A stretch of DNA of 45,301 nucleotides, from assembly GCA_022712755.1 (NCBI GenBank), contig JAFLJY010000279.1:1-45301 (forward strand), written 5' to 3'. Origin of the DNA: Gammaproteobacteria bacterium. Lineage in GTDB: Bacteria; Pseudomonadota; Gammaproteobacteria; SZUA-229. Below are positions 43,251 through 45,301 of the stretch, piece by piece (within the stretch, counting starts at the first letter, position 1; the number at the start of each line of letters is the position of its first letter). The notes beneath the pieces were generated by a model that was not told the origin of the DNA, made no database searches, and saw only the letters and a program-made list of their open reading frames with translations. The position numbers and the translations under genes were made by a program.

Positions 43251-45301
43251 TTAGCGGTTCATCTGCTTTTTAGTCTTACTAGTCGCCTGTGCAGTAAACG
43301 GATCATCCGGCCAGTAGTGTCTTTTGTATTTTCCACGTAGTTCTTTTTTTACATCATGGTAGGTGGTTTTCCAGAAGCTGTGTAAATCTTGTGTTACCTG
43401 CATAGGACGGCGAGCGGGTGATAATAAATGCATCATTAATTTAAAGTGTCCATTTAATACTGTTGGAGTTTCATATAGACCAAATACTTCCTGTAATCTA
43501 ACTGCAAGAACGGGTGTGAGAGGATCGCTGTAATCAATACGAATACTTGAACCACTGGGTACGGTTATTTTTTCTGGAGCCAGTTTGTCTATGCATTGCT
43601 GTTGTTGCCAGCTAAGCTGGTTTAATAACAATTTGTACATATCCAGTTTCTGACATTGTTTGATACTGTTTTCGTTGGTTAGATAAGGTTGTAACCATTC
43701 AGATAATTTATTCAACAGAACATCGTCAGAAAAGTCAGGCAGTTCTAATTTATTCACTGATTTTTTTAAAGCCTGATTATTATTAATCTGTTGGTTGATG
43801 AATTGTATGCGTTGTTTAAGATTGATAGCCGGTGGTGTCCAGTTAAAACTATTTAGCCCGATTGTTTTTATCGCCTGCAGCAGACATTGCTGTATCACTT
43901 CTTTTTTCTCAGGTGTCACCAGTGTTTCTTTCAGGATAATCTTTCCAATATTTGTTGTTTGCTTAGCTTCAACACGTTGTAGCGTGTTATTCCATTGTAC
44001 AGACTCGGTTAGTTGTATCTGTTCAGGAAAATAATCCTCTAACTGCTGCTGGCTAATTTCTGCTGCCAGGTAAATGCTGGCTTCAGAACGACTGGTTTTG
44101 TTATGTTTAGCGTTAAGATTGGCGATAACAAGAAACTCGGTAGCATGTTGTTGTAAATGTGGCGGTATTATTGCGCCTTTGCCATTGCTGAGTAAATATC
44201 GTGATTCATTTTTATGGCGTTGTTTTGCAATTCTGTCGGGGTATGCGTGTGCCAGCAGTATGCCGCTAAAATGATTATTTATTGACTGCTTATAGAGAGA
44301 TTTATTTTGATCTATACTGGGATCTTTTTTCTTTAAGCGTTTAAAAAATTCATCAGCCGTTTTTATTATGCGCCTGCATTGTTGAATATCAATATCCTGT
44401 AGCTGGCGTTTTTTATTATGCTTGTGTGGTAAAGACTGTAAAACATGTAACCTATCCTGAATGTCGGCACTTTTTTGTGCGTTATACAGATAAAACTCTT
44501 TCTCGGTAAGAATACTGGCAATAAGACAGGCATGGTATACCTGTTCTAATTTATTGGCTGACAACATCATGTGAGCCAGACGTGGATGGGTACCGAGTCT
44601 GAGCATCTCCTTTCCATGCCGGGTTATTTTTCCATCATTATTTAAAGCATTAAGCTGTTGCAATAATTGTCTCGCTTGTGCGATAGAACTTGCTGGTGGT
44701 GTGTCCAGCCATTGCAGTTCATTTACCTGCTGAATTCCCCAGTTTGCCAGTTCTAATACCAGGTTTGATAAATCACTGTGCAGAATTTCAGCGACTGTAT
44801 GTTTAATTAAGCGTTGCTGTTGTTGCGCTGTCCACAAACGGTAACAAATACCAGCAGATAATCGTCCAGCACGACCGCTACGCTGCTCGGCAGAATCCTT
44901 AGAGATGAACTGTGTTTTCAAACGATTCATGCCAGATGAAGGGCTGTACTCTGCTACGCGCTCCAGCCCCGAGTCGATTACACAGTTAATGCCTTCAATG
45001 GTTAAACTGGTTTCAGCAATATTTGTCGCTAACACAATTTTTCGCATATTAGCCGGCGGTGCTGAAATGGCCTGATCCTGCTCTTGTTTATTTAAGCTTC
45101 CGTGTAAAGTGGCAACAAAAACAGGGTGGATATTTTCTGTTTTAAGGTAGTGTTTTATTTGGCTGCAAAGCTGATTGATTTCTTTAACACCGGGCAAAAA
45201 CACCTGACAGTTGCCTTCATGTTTTTGAATAACCTTTTTTACTGACTTGAATAAACTTGAAATTAATTGCAGGGACTGGTTTTGTGTTGTTTGTTGTAGC
45301 C
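43251..45301 (-). CDS. hrpB: ATP-dependent RNA helicase HrpB (N-terminal part outside the window)
   Basis: The frame stays open to the window edge upstream of the ORF-track GTG (...HEGNCQVFLPGVKEI). Motifs include TNIAETSLTIEGI and QRSGRAGR, plus the HrpB C-terminal domain ending in WPDDP. Confidence 0.9.
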   Translation of the reverse strand, partial: LQQTTQNQSLQLISSLFKSVKKVIQKHEGNCQVFLPGVKEINQLCSQIKHYLKTENIHPVFVATLHGSLNKQEQDQAISAPPANMRKIVLATNIAETSLTIEGINCVIDSGLERVAEYSPSSGMNRLKTQFISKDSAEQRSGRAGRLSAGICYRLWTAQQQQRLIKHTVAEILHSDLSNLVLELANWGIQQVNELQWLDTPPASSIAQARQLLQQLNALNNDGKITRHGKEMLRLGTHPRLAHMMLSANKLEQVYHACLIASILTEKEFYLYNAQKSADIQDRLHVLQSLPHKHNKKRQLQDIDIQQCRRIIKTADEFFKRLKKKDPSIDQNKSLYKQSINNHFSGILLAHAYPDRIAKQRHKNESRYLLSNGKGAIIPPHLQQHATEFLVIANLNAKHNKTSRSEASIYLAAEISQQQLEDYFPEQIQLTESVQWNNTLQRVEAKQTTNIGKIILKETLVTPEKKEVIQQCLLQAIKTIGLNSFNWTPPAINLKQRIQFINQQINNNQALKKSVNKLELPDFSDDVLLNKLSEWLQPYLTNENSIKQCQKLDMYKLLLNQLSWQQQQCIDKLAPEKITVPSGSSIRIDYSDPLTPVLAVRLQEVFGLYETPTVLNGHFKLMMHLLSPARRPMQVTQDLHSFWKTTYHDVKKELRGKYKRHYWPDDPFTAQATSKTKKQMNR

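Noticed and set aside
1-45301. Looked for tRNA/rRNA genes, prophage or integrase modules, restriction-modification systems, toxin-antitoxin pairs, reverse transcriptases and cas genes
   Set aside because: I could recognise none by eye. The only mobile-element protein is the truncated IS110 transposase at the left edge. A covariance-model and HMM scan would still be needed to exclude small RNAs.

Overview
AT-rich gammaproteobacterial chromosome segment, roughly 40% GC by eye, with mostly conserved housekeeping synteny and two accessory-looking loci.

Gene layout:
- Left edge: the tail of an IS110-family transposase gene, then glnL-glnG (NtrB/NtrC).
- 3.3-7 kb: ABC-transporter genes separated by a stand-alone type IV pilin gene and a repeat mosaic.
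- 7.1-23.5 kb: a polytopic histidine kinase, then an 11-gene, tightly packed minus-strand MSH-type type IV filament operon. It runs mshM-L-N-E-G, then I/J/K-like genes, a giant PilX/GspK-like pseudopilin and a 267-aa pseudopilin. A sigma-54 response regulator gene lies directly upstream.
- 23.5-31.5 kb: the conserved 'yib' neighbourhood: trmL, gpsA, secB, a yibN-like rhodanese, a two-Cys ArsR/HlyU-type regulator, envC, ctpA, yibQ, yajL, and tusE/dsrC.
- 32-37 kb: an orphan MFP adaptor, an Atm1-type ABC exporter, ybcJ, a VOC protein, and ogt.
- 37.1-43.2 kb: an ECF sigma factor plus a ChrR-cupin protein, then a DUF4331 / lipoprotein / TPR / HupE-UreJ operon. Both units carry the same ECF-type promoter motif.
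- Right edge: hrpB (partial).

Repeats fill almost every long intergenic gap:
- a (TTTTAAG)9 array;
- GTAG-headed REP doublets (REPINs) of two sequence families;
- nested perfect palindromes;
- MITE-like elements;
- a hairpin-unit repeat found once intergenically and, amplified in frame, inside the mshN-like gene.

I saw no tRNA, rRNA, CRISPR, prophage or recognisable defence genes.

Best candidates for undescribed biology:
1. The rearranged, pilin-poor MSH-like machine, bracketed by a two-component pair that resembles PrsK/PrsR.
2. The ECF-controlled DUF4331-HupE envelope module.
3. The repeat biology, especially the in-frame colonisation of a coding region.

All family calls rest on motif recognition by eye. 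No searches were run.
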